The position numbers and the translations under genes were made by a program. Below the pieces are notes generated by a model. That model was given only the letters and a program-made list of their open reading frames with translations. It ran no database searches and was not told the origin of the DNA. Positions 10,207 to 22,694 of a stretch of DNA of 64,000 nucleotides are shown in pieces. Numbering within the stretch: the first letter of the stretch is position 1; every line of letters begins with the position of its first letter. The stretch covers positions 14,384,001 through 14,448,000 of the forward strand of contig JBHGNT010000002.1 of NCBI GenBank assembly GCA_043228905.1, in the 5' to 3' direction. The stretch comes from Azolla caroliniana (taxonomy: Eukaryota; Plantae; Polypodiophyta).

Positions 10207-13200
10207 AGAGGGCTATCAAGGTGTGGGGCCGTGATAGTCCGGACACTCCGGGAAACCCCCACAAGTGTATGATAGCGAGGAAGACCTGTGCTATAAGTAG
10301 GGAATTTTGGTTCTCCGACAACGGAGGGTGTACGATAGTCGACGTTGTTGGCTGGAAGAAGAGAAGGGCGGAGGAGCGACTTCGGGCATGTGGCGTCCTC
10401 GACCTCGGAGAGGAAATCAACGGAGCCGTGGAGGCGGTCTCTTTCGACGATACCTTGGGGGAGCTGCGGGAGGTAGTTGGAGGAGTCCTTAAAGAGGACC
10501 AGACGATTCCGGTATGTTCGGAAAAGATGTACGAAGTCATCGCGGACTTCAGTAGAAGGCTCGAGTCAGATCGGACGGCCCGGGTGGACACGAGGTACAA
10601 GACTGTGGACCGGAAGGTGAGGCCAGTCGCGGCTCCCTTGTCGGAGGACAGCGAGTTGCGAATAAAAGGGGTTGCGTTGGACCCGAGTTTACGAAATCCA
10701 GCCCGCATAGGACACACGTTCACCGACATAATGCTACGGGAGCTCAAGGTCGGTGGGGGCGGCTTCCTACTGCCGGCGGAGGAGGACCAGTTTCAGAGAA
10801 TGCTCAGAAGGCATGGGAAGGCTTTCACATTCTCACCGGAGGAGATCGGGTGCGTAGACCCGACAGTCGTGGAACCGATGGTGATATTCACGGTACCGCA
10901 TGTGCCGTGGAGTCTCAAACCGATTCCAGTACCCAGAGCTCACATCCCGAAGCTGATGCAACTGTTAAAGCAGAAGGTCGAGATGGGAATCCTCGAACCG
11001 TCGAGTGCCCCATACTCGAATCGGTGGTTTACCGTGCCGAAGAAGGATGGCACGCTGCGCTTTATTCAAGAATTGCAGCTGGTCAACAAGGTGACCATTC
11101 GAAACGCAGGAATCGGACCGACAATAGACGAGTTCGCGGAGGCCTTCGCCGGAAGGTCAATTTACTCCGTCGGTGATCTCTACTCGGGGTACGATCAGTT
11201 CCAGCTTGCTGTAGAGAGCAGAGACATCACGACAATGCGAACTCCTCTCGGCCTAGTACGGATGTGTACCCTGCCGCAAGGAGGGACGAACTTGGTGGCT
11301 CACATGGTGAACGCAATGAACAAGGTGCTGAGGGATTGTATCCCGGACATCACCATGCCATTTTTGGACGACGTCCCGATCAAAGGATACCCGGTGGAGG
11401 AAAGGGACAAGACGATCAGACCGGACGGATGCTGGAAATTCGTGGCGACGCACATCGATGATTGCAAGAAGGTGCTGCAGAGGTTGGAGGGCGCGAGGCT
11501 CACCTTCTCCGGGGGAAAATCGGCCTTTGGGCACCTATGCGGGTTGTACAGCCGGAAACCGTCTCCGGCTAAGGTAGAAGCCATCTCCGCGATGAAGCGC
11601 GACTGTAGGTCGGTCATGGAGGTTCGGAGGTTCTTGGGAGCATGCGCGTTCTACCACATATGGATCCCGCATTACGCCCACGTCGAGGAGCCGTTATATG
11701 GGTTGCTGAAAAAGGGGCACGAGTCCGACCGGGATCGGATGGGTCGTCAACCAAGAGGGTGAGGACGGCACGCGTTTCCCGATCCGGTTCGGCGCGAGGA
11801 TACGCCCAGGTTAAACGCGAGCTCTGGGGTATCATTTCGGCAGTAAAGGCCGATAGAGACTACCTAATCGGGACAGAGGTAATTATCGAGACGGACTGCC
11901 TGCCAATTCTTGGCATGGTTTCCGGATGCGTGACGCCGGACCTGGAAATGCTCAGGTGGATAGCGTACGTCAAGTCCATGAGTCTGGAAGTACGACACAT
12001 TTCCGGGAAAGATAATACCATGGCCGACATGCTTTCAAAGGCAAGGTTCGAAAACGAGGGCAGCATGGTCTCGGAGGACGAGGAAGTCGGTGTGGACTTC
12101 TTCGAGGCGGCCTACGTAACAACCGGTAGGGAATGCACTCCGACGCTTAACGATTTCGACGAGAGCAAGTACAACGGGGAGTGGCTATAGATCGGCGGGT
12201 TCCTGAAAACAATGACACCAGACGCGGCATGGACAAAGGATGAGGCCAACCGGATCCGGAAGAAAGCGTACCGATTCTTTCTCTGGGATGGGTACATATG
12301 GAAACACCCGAAGAAGAGGAACGGCATCCCACTCCGAGTGGTGGCGAAGAAGGAGGAACAGGAGGATTTGCTGGCGGCATACCACGATAGCCCGTGGGCC
12401 GGACACCGTGGAACGTGGGCCACGTTCGAAAAGCTAAAGGGGAAGTACTGGTGGCCGGGACTATACCGGGACGTGCATCGGTTCGTGACGACTTGCGAAA
12501 GCTGCCAGGTGCAGTCCATGATCCGACATCGGGACGAGCTTCACCCGACGTACCCTCCGACCTTCCACTTCAAGTGGATGGTGGATTTGGTGACGATGCC
12601 GATGGGGGTAGGACAGATGCGGTATCTGGTGCTGGCTCAGGAAGATCTAACGAACCAGGTTGAAGGCCGAGACCTGCAGAACAAGACGACGGCAGTCGTG
12701 TGCCGGTTTTTGATTGAGGACGTAGTATGCCGATACGGGTGCGTAGGGAAGATCGTGGCTGACCGTGGTGAGTTGGACGCAGAAGAAGCCGAAGAGTTGT
12801 TCGACCGGCTAGGAGTCAAACTTTCGCTCACCACAACGTACAATCCGGAGGCGAACAGGAAGGTGGAGCGTGGACATGGGCCAATTGTCAAAGCGCTAGT
12901 ACGGGCGTGCGGAGGCCAAGTCGGGGACTGGCCATGGCTGGTACCTTATGCCTTGTGGGCGGACCGGACTACGCACAGTTCAGTAACCGGGTTCATGCCG
13001 ACCGAGCTGATGTTCGGACAGAAGCCGATCATGCCAATAGAGCGAACGATCTCCTCGTGGGCCACGGTGGACTGGAGGGATGAGATGAGCCGAGAGGAAC
13101 TGTTGGCGGCGCGGATTCGACAGCTCGAGCGGAGGCCGGAGGACGTAGAGCGAGCCGCGGAGAAACTTCGGGTAGCGAGGATAAGGAACAAAGCCCGGTT

Positions 13201-13520
13201 CAACCGAACACACCGGTTCAGGCCAAGGAAGATCGAGGAAGGCGATTAGGTGCTAGTCTACGACAACAGCCTCGACAATTAGCACAGGGCCACGAGGAAG
13301 TTTGCGAGGAGGTGGTTCGGGCCTTACGTAGTAAGAGGCGCCAACGGCAATGGGATGTACCATCTCGCGGAGCTCGACGGTACGAGAATGGCGATACCGG
13401 TAGCGGGGAAGAGGATCAAAGCGTTCAAGAAACGACACGACGGGGAGCCGGGGCTAGGGGGCATGGACAACGACGACGAGCAGACCGAGGCGAAGGATGA
13501 ACCAGTAAATGAGGAATAAG
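10203..13520 (+). pseudogene. pol: Gypsy B pol (RT, RNase H with internal deletion, integrase)
   Basis: DLYSGYDQF, LPQGGTN, FLDDVP; TDC..ADMLS; GHRG..CESCQ, VDLV, ADRGE, YNPEAN; WFGPY. No chromodomain. Several stops and frameshifts. Confidence 0.93.
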
Positions 13521-14180
13521 AGCAAGGATCGGTTTTCTCCCATAGGAACCCAATTTGGCGCATACCGGTGGATGCGCGGTTAGGTGGGGGCGGATGTTGT
13601 GAAGAAAACCGTCCCCAGGCGCAAACCGTGTATAGTGTGTGTGAACCGGCCCTTACACGTGGGCACGCCCCTTGTTGTATAGTAGATAGGTAGGCACAAA
13701 GGTTAAATCCTAGGTAGCAATATTCTATAGGGGAAATCGAGGAGTATCTCTGTCCGGAAGGACAGAGAATTAATGTGATGTAAACGGGTGAACGACCTCC
13801 CTCCTTGAGCTATAAAGGAGAGGGAGACGGGGGGGAGAGAGGTATCGCGCGCTAGAGGGGACGAAGTGCTGTCGGACTGGGACCGAGCTCTTCTCCTCTG
13901 TCGTTCTCCATAGCTTTCTTTGCGCAGGTTCTCGAGAGACTGATTCTGCTCCGTCGAACGCCCGTGTGCTTCCGGCAAAATCTCCATCTTGCTCCCTTGT
14001 GTGCGTGGGTGATCAAGCGTCGACACCCATCTCGCCGACCTGATCGGCTGTAACCGTTCGAGTCATATGCATACATATATTTATTTACGTGTTCTTATAC
14101 TCTATCTCCTGCCCAACTTGTGTCACTTGTGTTGATTGGGCTGCGTTCCCGCACGCTTCTTTGTCTATCCGTGTGTGAGC

Positions 14181-14227
<47 letters not shown>

Positions 14228-14321
14228 TTCGCTTCCTCACCTATTCCTCGGTCCAAGACCCTAGTAGTCCCGCCTCGTTCTCCACGCACGCGCGTAGCAA
14301 CGCGACAACGTACCTTTAACA

Positions 14322-14660
14322 AGGATGCCATAGTCTTTTGTGCCGAGTCGGTTTTATGAAAGGAGGGTTAATGGAGAGATAACACATGATGCATTGGTTG
14401 GATATGCAGAGAAATTCATTAGAGAATCCATACAACGTGGAAGACTATACTGTATTTTGCCATATACCAATGATGTTTTTGGGATCCATACTCCGAAACA
14501 TGTTAGGATTGTTTATGTGGATAAGAAGATATGTACTTGTGGACAATGGCAGGATATGGGGTTACCTTGTGCACATGCAGTGGCTGCTAATTAGGAGTGG
14601 GGTCGAAGCAGGTTTTGTCGATTGCATGTTGAAACATTCTAAGACACGTCCAATATAGTC
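14322..14660 (+). pseudogene. MULE/MuDR-type transposase fragment (SWIM zinc finger)
   Basis: VYVDKKICTCGQWQDMGLPCAHAVAA matches the SWIM CxC-x8-CxH motif of plant Mutator transposases. Confidence 0.75.
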
Positions 14661-14884
14661 GGCTTAAGATAGAAACAATTGTTGTCGATTCCGAAACTGA
14701 CTGATCTTCATCCCCAGAATTTGTCTTACCAGACCAAGGTTCTTCATGGCAAACTTCAACCGCAGTTGCCGAACAAGTTCAACGAACTCTTTGGCATGTC
14801 GGCCGAAGAGTAGCATGTCTTCCACGTAAATGATGAGCAAGATGGGTGACCCATCTGTTGTTTTGGTGAACAGGCAATGGTCCT
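14660..14884 (-). pseudogene. Short Copia RT fragment
   Basis: The minus strand translates DHCLFTKTTDGSPILLIIYVEDML, a degenerate YVDD region. Confidence 0.7.
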
Positions 14885-15300
14885 TGTAAAGATTTATGTG
14901 CAGAAGCTTGTGAACCGACAGTCGGTTGGGTATCCGGAAGATGAATAGCTAGTCAACACAGAACATGGAGTACTAGAGAGAGAGAGAGAGAGAGAGAGAG
15001 CGGACAACAGAAAATTTCTATGAGAAAAATATTCTCTATTCTATACATACAATGTTCTCACAAATCACTTTTTATACAAACCTTGACGAGTGGGCTGACA
15101 CAAGTATTGTCAGTACTTTAATGCGCGTTAACTAAGCCTGACACTAACAACCTTTAATATCCCTATATACTAAATTAGTAATATAGGCCCCTGATGGCCT
15201 ACCGAATTCCACTCAGCCCGGCCAACCAATCAACCCACGTTCGATTCAACTCTTGGCTTATTCAGCGGATTTGGCCCATGTTGAGCTTGTTCGCTCAACA
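14885..15300 (-). repeat. Copia 3' LTR with adjacent PPT (15301-15310)
   Basis: TGTAAAG...CTCAACA termini resemble the LTRs at 35168 and 41659. It is followed by CTCCCTCTCAAG, the reverse complement of a PPT. Confidence 0.8.
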
Positions 15301-15349
15301 CTCCCTCTCAAGCTCAACCTGAGGTCGGTTCCTTGTGTCAGAATTTGCC

Positions 15350-17623
15350 AATTCTTGCACTCGGCAATTGCCTACCTCACCAGGGCAACATGCACAACAA
15401 GAGCAGGAGTTGCCGCTACAGGCACCAATCCAAAAAGGGCTTCTGGCGAGAATAGAGGCCACGCCACAACTAGAATCGGCACGACCACAAGGCACCAACA
15501 ATCAATGGCTACGATGGATCGACGAATAGGTGGTAAATAGAAATGGAGGAGAGAGCACAGGGAGACCGAATGTTCGCCACAACTGAAGAACTTGAGAAGG
15601 CCTGGGCGAGGATCCGGAGCATGGAAGAAGAAAATGTGTAGGCCAAAGTTGAGGCGGCTAAGCAGGACACAGAAGGACCAATACTACCAGAACCGGTGGC
15701 TCCGGTGAATGAACAAAGCAATAAGATGCTGGTAACTGAAATAGCACTGGATGCAAATAAGGCACAAGAACAAGAACTCGTCACTCTTAGAGAGGAATTA
15801 GCAGCCCAAGAGGCCTTAAGGGTTAGAGAACAAGACCTGAAGAGCCGGGGGGGGAGGAACAATGGAAAACAATAGAGAACCTCCGAAGAGCCGAGGAAAA
15901 TCTACGGAAGGTTAATCAAGCATATGACCGATTGAAGTACGAAAAAGACAAGATATTGCAAGAAAAGGACAAACTCGGGCATTCGGCGGAAGTCGAGATC
16001 GAGCGACTCCAAGAAGAACTCTGGCAACAGAAGGACCGTGAGGACCGGGCCGGACGCCAAGTCAATCAGAGGCTGAAACAGAAAACAAAGGATTTTGACA
16101 GGTTGCACTGGGATCACAAGCACTTGGAGGCGGAACACAAGAAATTGATGGCAGAAGGTGACCGGCAGCAAGAAAAGATGCAGGAACTCCGGGATGAAGT
16201 CAACAGGACGACAACGGCATTGGCGAAAGAAAGGACCAAGGGAGTTGAAGCGGCAAAGACGCTGGCAGAAGCGACAAAGGACAGAATGAAGCTTACCCAG
16301 TAGCATCATGAGGAGATGGAACGAGCAAAGATGGCTCTGAACAGAGTTCAGATGACTTATCAGACACAACTGATGCAGTATCATGGACAAGTTGAGGCAA
16401 CCGCGATCCTCATAAAGCAATTAAAGGATGAAAAGTAGGTCGCGAAGGATAAGTCAAAGATGGGACTGGCTCGTATTCGAGACCAGATGAAGAGGTTAGT
16501 TGAAGAAAGTTCAGTACAGTGGTGGTCCAATTGGGCAAAGTAGGCAGCCGAGTTACAGGTCCTGCGAGCGGATGCAGAGGACGACGATAACTTCTACAAA
16601 CTGGACGCGGAAAGCGTTTTGACCATAAGGGAGGAGTTATCGGATGACTTCTTGTCCTTGGCCAGAGAACAACTAGTGGCGGTGTGCCAACTGGTGGGAC
16701 AGCTGGATGACGACCAGTTGGATACCCAACTCCAGTTAGAGCAATACAAGCGGGAGTGGAGGCGGAAAATGGCAGCTAGAAGAACGACGACAATTAACAT
16801 TAGTGATGAAGAGCAATCTCCGGAGCAGACGCCGAACGCAACCGAAACCGAAATGAACCAGCCAAATATAGCTCAAGTGGAGCACCCGAAGGTACCCAAC
16901 CTGCAAGAGCTAGTGCAAGCTGGACAACAGGAGCAAGAGGAGCCCAAAACAGATGAGCCGGAAACTGAAGCCCGGAAAGGACTGGAGCCGGAAGGACTGG
17001 AGCTAGAAAGGAGGAATAGCCGAAGAGCAACAACAACAACAGTCACCACAACAAACAGAGCAACTACCCGAAGAATCTCTAGAACCCTTGGACCAAAGCA
17101 TTCTAGACATTTTGACGGACGATTGAAAAGGGCTAACCGAGGGTTCGACGTACAATGTATTGTCCCACGGGCGTGCCATGTGTTGGCCGGCAAGACCAAA
17201 GGGCCAGTTAGAGTCCAGAATGTGAAAGGGGTATTTAATTAGGGATAGGAAGTTGTTATAGATAAATATTATGTTATTTTGAGAAGTGGGCGGACGGACA
17301 AGAATTGGTATGACGATTCGAATCCGGACCGGATCGTTGCCGGTTGCCGGTTGGCACCAGTTTGTAACTAAGTCAGAGACCTATAAAAGGAGCCGGAAAG
17401 AATGTAATCATGGATGGATAATTAATAGAAGCGTTGTTGTTTTACGTATTGTTTAGTGTCTATTTGGTTACTGTCCTATGCTTAATATAATTAATCTTAC
17501 GCGTGTGTTACGATCATTAACAGTGCCAATTAGTAACCGATTAAGACCCATTTGATACCACGGTCCATCCATATCTCACCGTACCACCCTTTGGTGAAGT
17601 GTTCCATAGGGACACCCTATGTT
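15350..17623 (+). mobile_element. 3' part of a Gypsy C-family element: coiled-coil extra ORF remnant, tRNA-like motif, truncated 3' LTR (17181-17623)
   Basis: Translations such as ARPQGT..WLRW, YDRLK.EKDK.LQEK.KL, WWS.WAK and QLDDDQLD.QL match 39460-41141 (-). The LTR matches the reverse complement of 38942-39405. Confidence 0.88.
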
Positions 17624-18180
17624 CCACCCGAATTTGAGAAGATGCATCTTGGCTGACTAGGTATTGGTTCATCTTGTACTCTGAAGATGAATAATTTCTT
17701 AAGTATAGCTTTTCACTAGGGAGTGAGCTACCCATTTGTGTGTTCATGTTGATGGAGTGTCTTCCTTCTTGGGTTTTCTTCCAGTGGTCACGTACACATG
17801 TTACATAGTGGCACTACGGTAGCGGATAGCCAAATTTGTCGTCAGCGTCTCGAACTCACAATCACGAAGTCGAATCGGCTTCGTGGATGTACTAAACCAC
17901 ACGCTTTGATGCCATGTAAATAATTAGGTAGTTAACTAATGTTAATTAGGGTCATGTGGAAGGGTGCACATGTGTGAGGAGAATATAGGTACAAATGTGT
18001 AAGTCCTATATTAAATGAACTTGGTAGTGGAGGATCTAGAATGTATCCCCACTTATGTACACGTAAAAGATCCTATTTAAGGGTTTAAATGTCAACACAC
18101 TAACTAGATTCTATCTAGGTAACTACTAAGTTATGTGGTTAACTAAATAGCTAAACTAAGTTGAGCTTGATACCTCAATA
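17624..18180 (-). mobile_element. Copia 5' end: LTR 17915-18180, iMet-type PBS, gag start
   Basis: TGGCATCAAAGC follows the LTR on the minus strand. MNTQMGSSLPSEKL matches the gag at 21351, and the LTR is related to 30774-31223. Confidence 0.85.
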
Positions 18181-20505
18181 GAAAGGTTGTTTGGGCCAGG
18201 TCGAACTGCCTGAGTGAACACGAAGTATAAGACTGTGGACCAGAAGGTGAGGCCAATCGTGGCTCCCTTACCGGAGGACAATTGGGAGGGGATGAAGGGA
18301 GTTGCGACCAACCTGAGCTTGCGAGATCTAGCAAACATAGGGCACCGGTTCACCGACAAGACACTTCGGAAGTTGAAGATCGATGGGGGTGGCTTTCTAC
18401 TACTGGCGGAGGAGAACCGGTTTCAGAGAAAGCTCAAAAGGCAAGGGAAAGATTTTGCATTCTCACCGGAGGAAATCGGGTGCATCGACCTGACCATCAT
18501 CAAATTGATGGTGATATTCACGGTACCGCATTTACCACGGAACCTAAAGTCGATTCCGGTGCCGAGAGCTAACATCTTGAAACTGATGGAGCTGCTCAAG
18601 GAGAAGATCGACATGGGGATCCTCGAACCGTCAAGTTCCCCTTACTTGAATTGATGGTTCACGGCAACAAAGAAGAATGGCACATTGCGCTTTATCTAGG
18701 ATTTGTAACCTTTCAACAAAGTGAAAATTTAGAAAATAGGGGACAGACGGACCATCAACGAGTTTGCCGAGGCCTTCGCCGGAAGGTTAATCTACTCGGT
18801 CGACAATCTATACTCAGGGTATGACCAATTCGAGCTAGCTGTCGAAAACAAGGACATCACGATGATGCGAACCCGTCTTGGCTTAGTTCGGATGCATACC
18901 CTACAACGAGGTACCACTTTAGTGGCTCACATGGTGAATGCAATGAACAAGGTGTTGAGGGATTGCATCCCAGACATCACCATGCCATTTTTGGATGACA
19001 TCCTGATAAAGGGATGTCCGGAGGATGTGAAGGATGAGTCGATTAGAGAGGACCAATGTCAGAAGTTCCTGTTGGACCGATTGGAAGGAGTGCGACTTAC
19101 CTTTTCGGGGGAGAAGTCGGCATTCGGGCAGTTGGAGATCGTGGTGGTTGGACACTTATGCGGATCATATGGTCGGAAACCTTCTCTGGAAAAGATCGCA
19201 GTCATGAAGGAGGAATGTTGTGAGCATGTATTTGTATATAATAGTTTAGTATTGTATAGTCTAGCATATAGTACATTCCAGAATCAGAATATTCTAGTTG
19301 TTAGTATATTGTAGAAATATTGTATGGTATATTCTAGACGTGTATATTCTAGAGATATTTCTCAAGTATATTCTAGAGATATTCAATCTCGAAACTTGTA
19401 TAAATACTTGTAGCCTCCTTGGTCTCTTTCAAAGGATTCAATACGAGTCATTGACACATCAATTTAGTATTCTCGTTTCGTCCCATCTTGTCTCCTTGAT
19501 CTTTATCTCTATCTTCATTCTCTTTTGTCGTTCCCGAGTTTCTAGCCGCATCGCTCGTAGCCCCATCATCCTTGCTCCATCCCAGTCCGCGGTTGGTGTG
19601 TCCGTTACAAGTGTCAGACAACCACTGAGGTTCGACGGTTCTCACGGGCTTGTGCATTCTACCACAACTGGATCCCGCACTATGCACATATTGTCGAGCC
19701 ACTATATGACTTGTTGAAGAAGGGGCAGAAGTTTGATTGGAGAGAAGAGCACTTGTAGGAGGTTTGGAGACTAAAGGGAATGATGATGGCGGCGCTAGCC
19801 CTCCGGAAAGCTCTGTATAGGACGGACACTCCGATCTATGTGATGGTCGACACAAGTCCAACGGGAATCTGATGGGTAATCAACTAGGAGGACGAAGTTG
19901 GGATGAGATTCGTCATCCGGTTCAAAGCAAAGGTCCTAAGCGAGCGGCAACGAGGATATGCCCAAGTTAAGTGCGAACTGTGGGGTATCTTTTTGCCGGG
20001 TAAGGCTGACAAAGATTACTTAATCGGGGCAGAAGTAATAATTGAGACGGATTGCCTCCCGATTCTCGGTATGGTTTTCGGATGCGTGACTCCGAACCTG
20101 CCAATGCTCAGGTGGATCATGTACATTAAGTCCCTCAATATGGAGATACAACACATCTCCGAAAAAGACAACGCCATGGCCGACATGTTGTCGAGAGCAC
20201 GATACAACAATGAAGAAGGAATGGTATTGGAAAACGAAGAAGTCGGTGTGGACTTGTTTGAGTTGGCTCGATTATTGGCAAATGGGCGAAGCACCCCAAC
20301 CCTGCACGAGTTCAACGAGGATGATTACGATGGGGAGTGGCTTCAGATAGGAAGGTTCCTAAGCACGATGATGGCAAATGCAGCGTGGATGAAGGACGAG
20401 GCTGGTTGAATCCAGAAGAAGGCGTACAAGTACTTCTTGAGGGACAGTAAGATATGGCGGCATCCGAAGAAGTGGAAAGACACACCACTTTGGGTGGTGA
20501 TGCGG
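18181..20505 (+). pseudogene. pol: Decayed pol of a second Gypsy B-family copy
   Basis: Colinear with 10560-12345 (YKTVD.KVRP, AHMVNAMNKVLRDCIPDITMPFLDD, TDCLPILGM). Interrupted by a solo LTR. Confidence 0.9.
19219..19609 (+). repeat. Solo LTR
   Basis: TGTGAG...GTTACA with flanks AATGT/AGTGT. The pol reading resumes immediately after it, and TATAAATA is internal. Confidence 0.8.
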
Positions 20506-21285
20506 TGTCATGGATATCAATGTGTATGAGTCAAAATGGGTAGGACCACTGGGGTCTTAGACTAAGGAGTCGGTAAGGGAAGCGAGAGAGGTTGCCCGAA
20601 TTGTTTCCAGGTAACTTCGCCGGATTCCAGCATAGACACATATCTAATCCGGACTAGTCTTTGGATATTGGATGAGGAGCACACGGGCTCGCACACTCGG
20701 GTATGCACAAACAGATGAGAGGAGCAAAGACGGGACTACAAGTAGAAACCGAAAGATATAGGAAGATCAAAGCAACAAATAATTAATTTACTTAAGATAG
20801 GGGAAAATACAACCGGACTCAGCCGGTAGTAGAGCTTCGAGCCCTACAGACACTTGCATCCACTAAATGGTTGGGCCTCTAGTCGGGATAGCTTGGGCTT
20901 CCTATGCGAGCAGAGGCCTCACCTTCGTTCACTGAATCAGCACAGAGCAAAACAGAGAGAGCAACAGAGCTTCAGATCTCAAAATCAACAAAACTTTTCC
21001 CTCCAAAACCATGGATCCCTAAACTGTTGAAACGTCCCCCTTTTAAAGCACCAAGGGGAGTTCGTTACATCATGCATTGATGACAGTCGTTCCTATTAGC
21101 GATCCCTCACACAATTTACTCCTCTCATATCCTATTATTCCCCTCCCTTTGCGGGATCGTTAAAGTACTGAATAAACTAACTTTGTCTAGTACTTATTAA
21201 ACCTTGGTATTTACATATATGAATTATGTACATAAGCCCTAATTTGAGTGCATCCTTGCACACACCCGTTCATTCGCATCCAGCT
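20506..21285 (-). repeat. LTR-like sequence related to the Gypsy B LTR, inverted
   Basis: GGACCACTGGGGTCTT at ~20543 is the reverse complement of AAGACCCCAGTGGTCC near the Gypsy B LTR end. The right boundary is uncertain. Confidence 0.55.
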
Positions 21286-22694
21286 CCCACTACATAGCAC
21301 GTGTACGTGATCGAAGGAAGAAAAGCAAAAAAAGAGAAGACACAATCAACATGAACACACAAATGGTTAGCTTGCTCCCTAGTGAAAAGCTAGACCGGAG
21401 CAATTATTCATCTTGGGAGTACAAGATGACCCAATACCTCGTTGGCCAAGGGTATTGGAGCTACATCAATGGTGCTCAAGAAAATCGACCCGACTCAAAG
21501 AACGTCGACTACATAACATGGGAGCAAGCGGCGAGTCGAGTCATCTATTGCTTGGCAACATGTGTCCACAACCACACACTTAGCCACATTCGAGACGCCA
21601 AGACGCCTAAAGAAGCGTGGGCGAACTTAAAGAAAATGTTCGCCGCCAACATGACCGCCCGAAAGCTTCAATTCCGACAAGACTTGAACAACATTCGGCA
21701 AAAAGGCATGTACGTGTCAGACTACACTGCCAAGATCAAGAGCATTTGCGACTCGCTTGGCTCCATCAAAATAAACGTCAACAAAAACGAGATGGTTCAA
21801 GTATGCTTGGGCGGCCTCGCACAACGATTCAATCCATTACGGATGGCAATCTTGGCGAGAGAAAACCCTCCTTCATTCTTCGACCTCCAATCAATGCTAT
21901 TGGTCGAAGAGAACCACATCCGAACCAAAAACAAGACGTCGGAAGGAAAAATGTTCTTCTCAAATTCGGGCGGTGGCCGAGGAGGAGGTCACAGCGATAG
22001 AAGAGGTCAATTCGAACCATCACATGAAGGGAACTCAAACCTTCACGGAAGCCATCGAGGAACCTTTGGAAGAAGGGGGAGCTTCCACGCCAAACATGGT
22101 CGGCAAACGAGGCCCGCAACTTGCAATTATTGCGGCAAAGTCGGCCACTACGAGCTGGAGTGTCGGAAAAAGAGAAGTGAGTCGGCTTTAACAAGTTGAC
22201 AACTCACAAACTATGCATCGAACTCCGACTACGACAACAATAGCGGAATGTTCATGAATCACGCATCGAATTCCGACTACGACGATCGTAGCGAAATGTT
22301 TACAAATTACACCCCAAATTCCGACTACGACGACCGTGGTGGAATGTTCGTAATGAGGCATAGAGCGAACTCTATGAAGGCCTCCAACTCTGCAAGCACC
22401 TTCAACTCGGAAGATGTGTGGTTCATCGATTCCAGCGCCTCACATCACATGACATCTCACGAAGAGAAGATGTGTGATTCCAGCGCCTCACATCACATGA
22501 CATCTCACGAAGAGTGGTTTCGTGATTTACGAACACTAGATCGACCCGGCTTCATAGAGACAGGAGATGACACCACGCACCCCATTCGGCACATATGCAA
22601 TGTCCCATTTGGGAAAGAAGGCGAGCAAACTTGCATCAAGAATGTCTTGCACGTGCCCACAATAATGAAGAATTTGGTCTCAGTCAGCCAAATC

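Larger units (their letters stand above)
7350..14307 (+). mobile_element. Full-length Ty3/Gypsy element (Gypsy B)
   Basis: LTRs 7350-8036 and 13595-14307 (TG..CA; the length difference is a (CT)n expansion), PBS 8041-8057, PPT 13582-13594, gag-pro / RT-RH-IN order, flanks ACAT / ACGT. Confidence 0.96.

Noticed and set aside
15932-16303. Captured host myosin/SMC-like coiled-coil gene
   Set aside because: It sits at the same internal position in several Gypsy copies with no introns, so it is treated as the element's own extra ORF.
17137-17178. A genuine tRNA gene
   Set aside because: No D-arm, anticodon arm or 5' acceptor strand is visible upstream. Only T-arm-like and 3'-end features are present.
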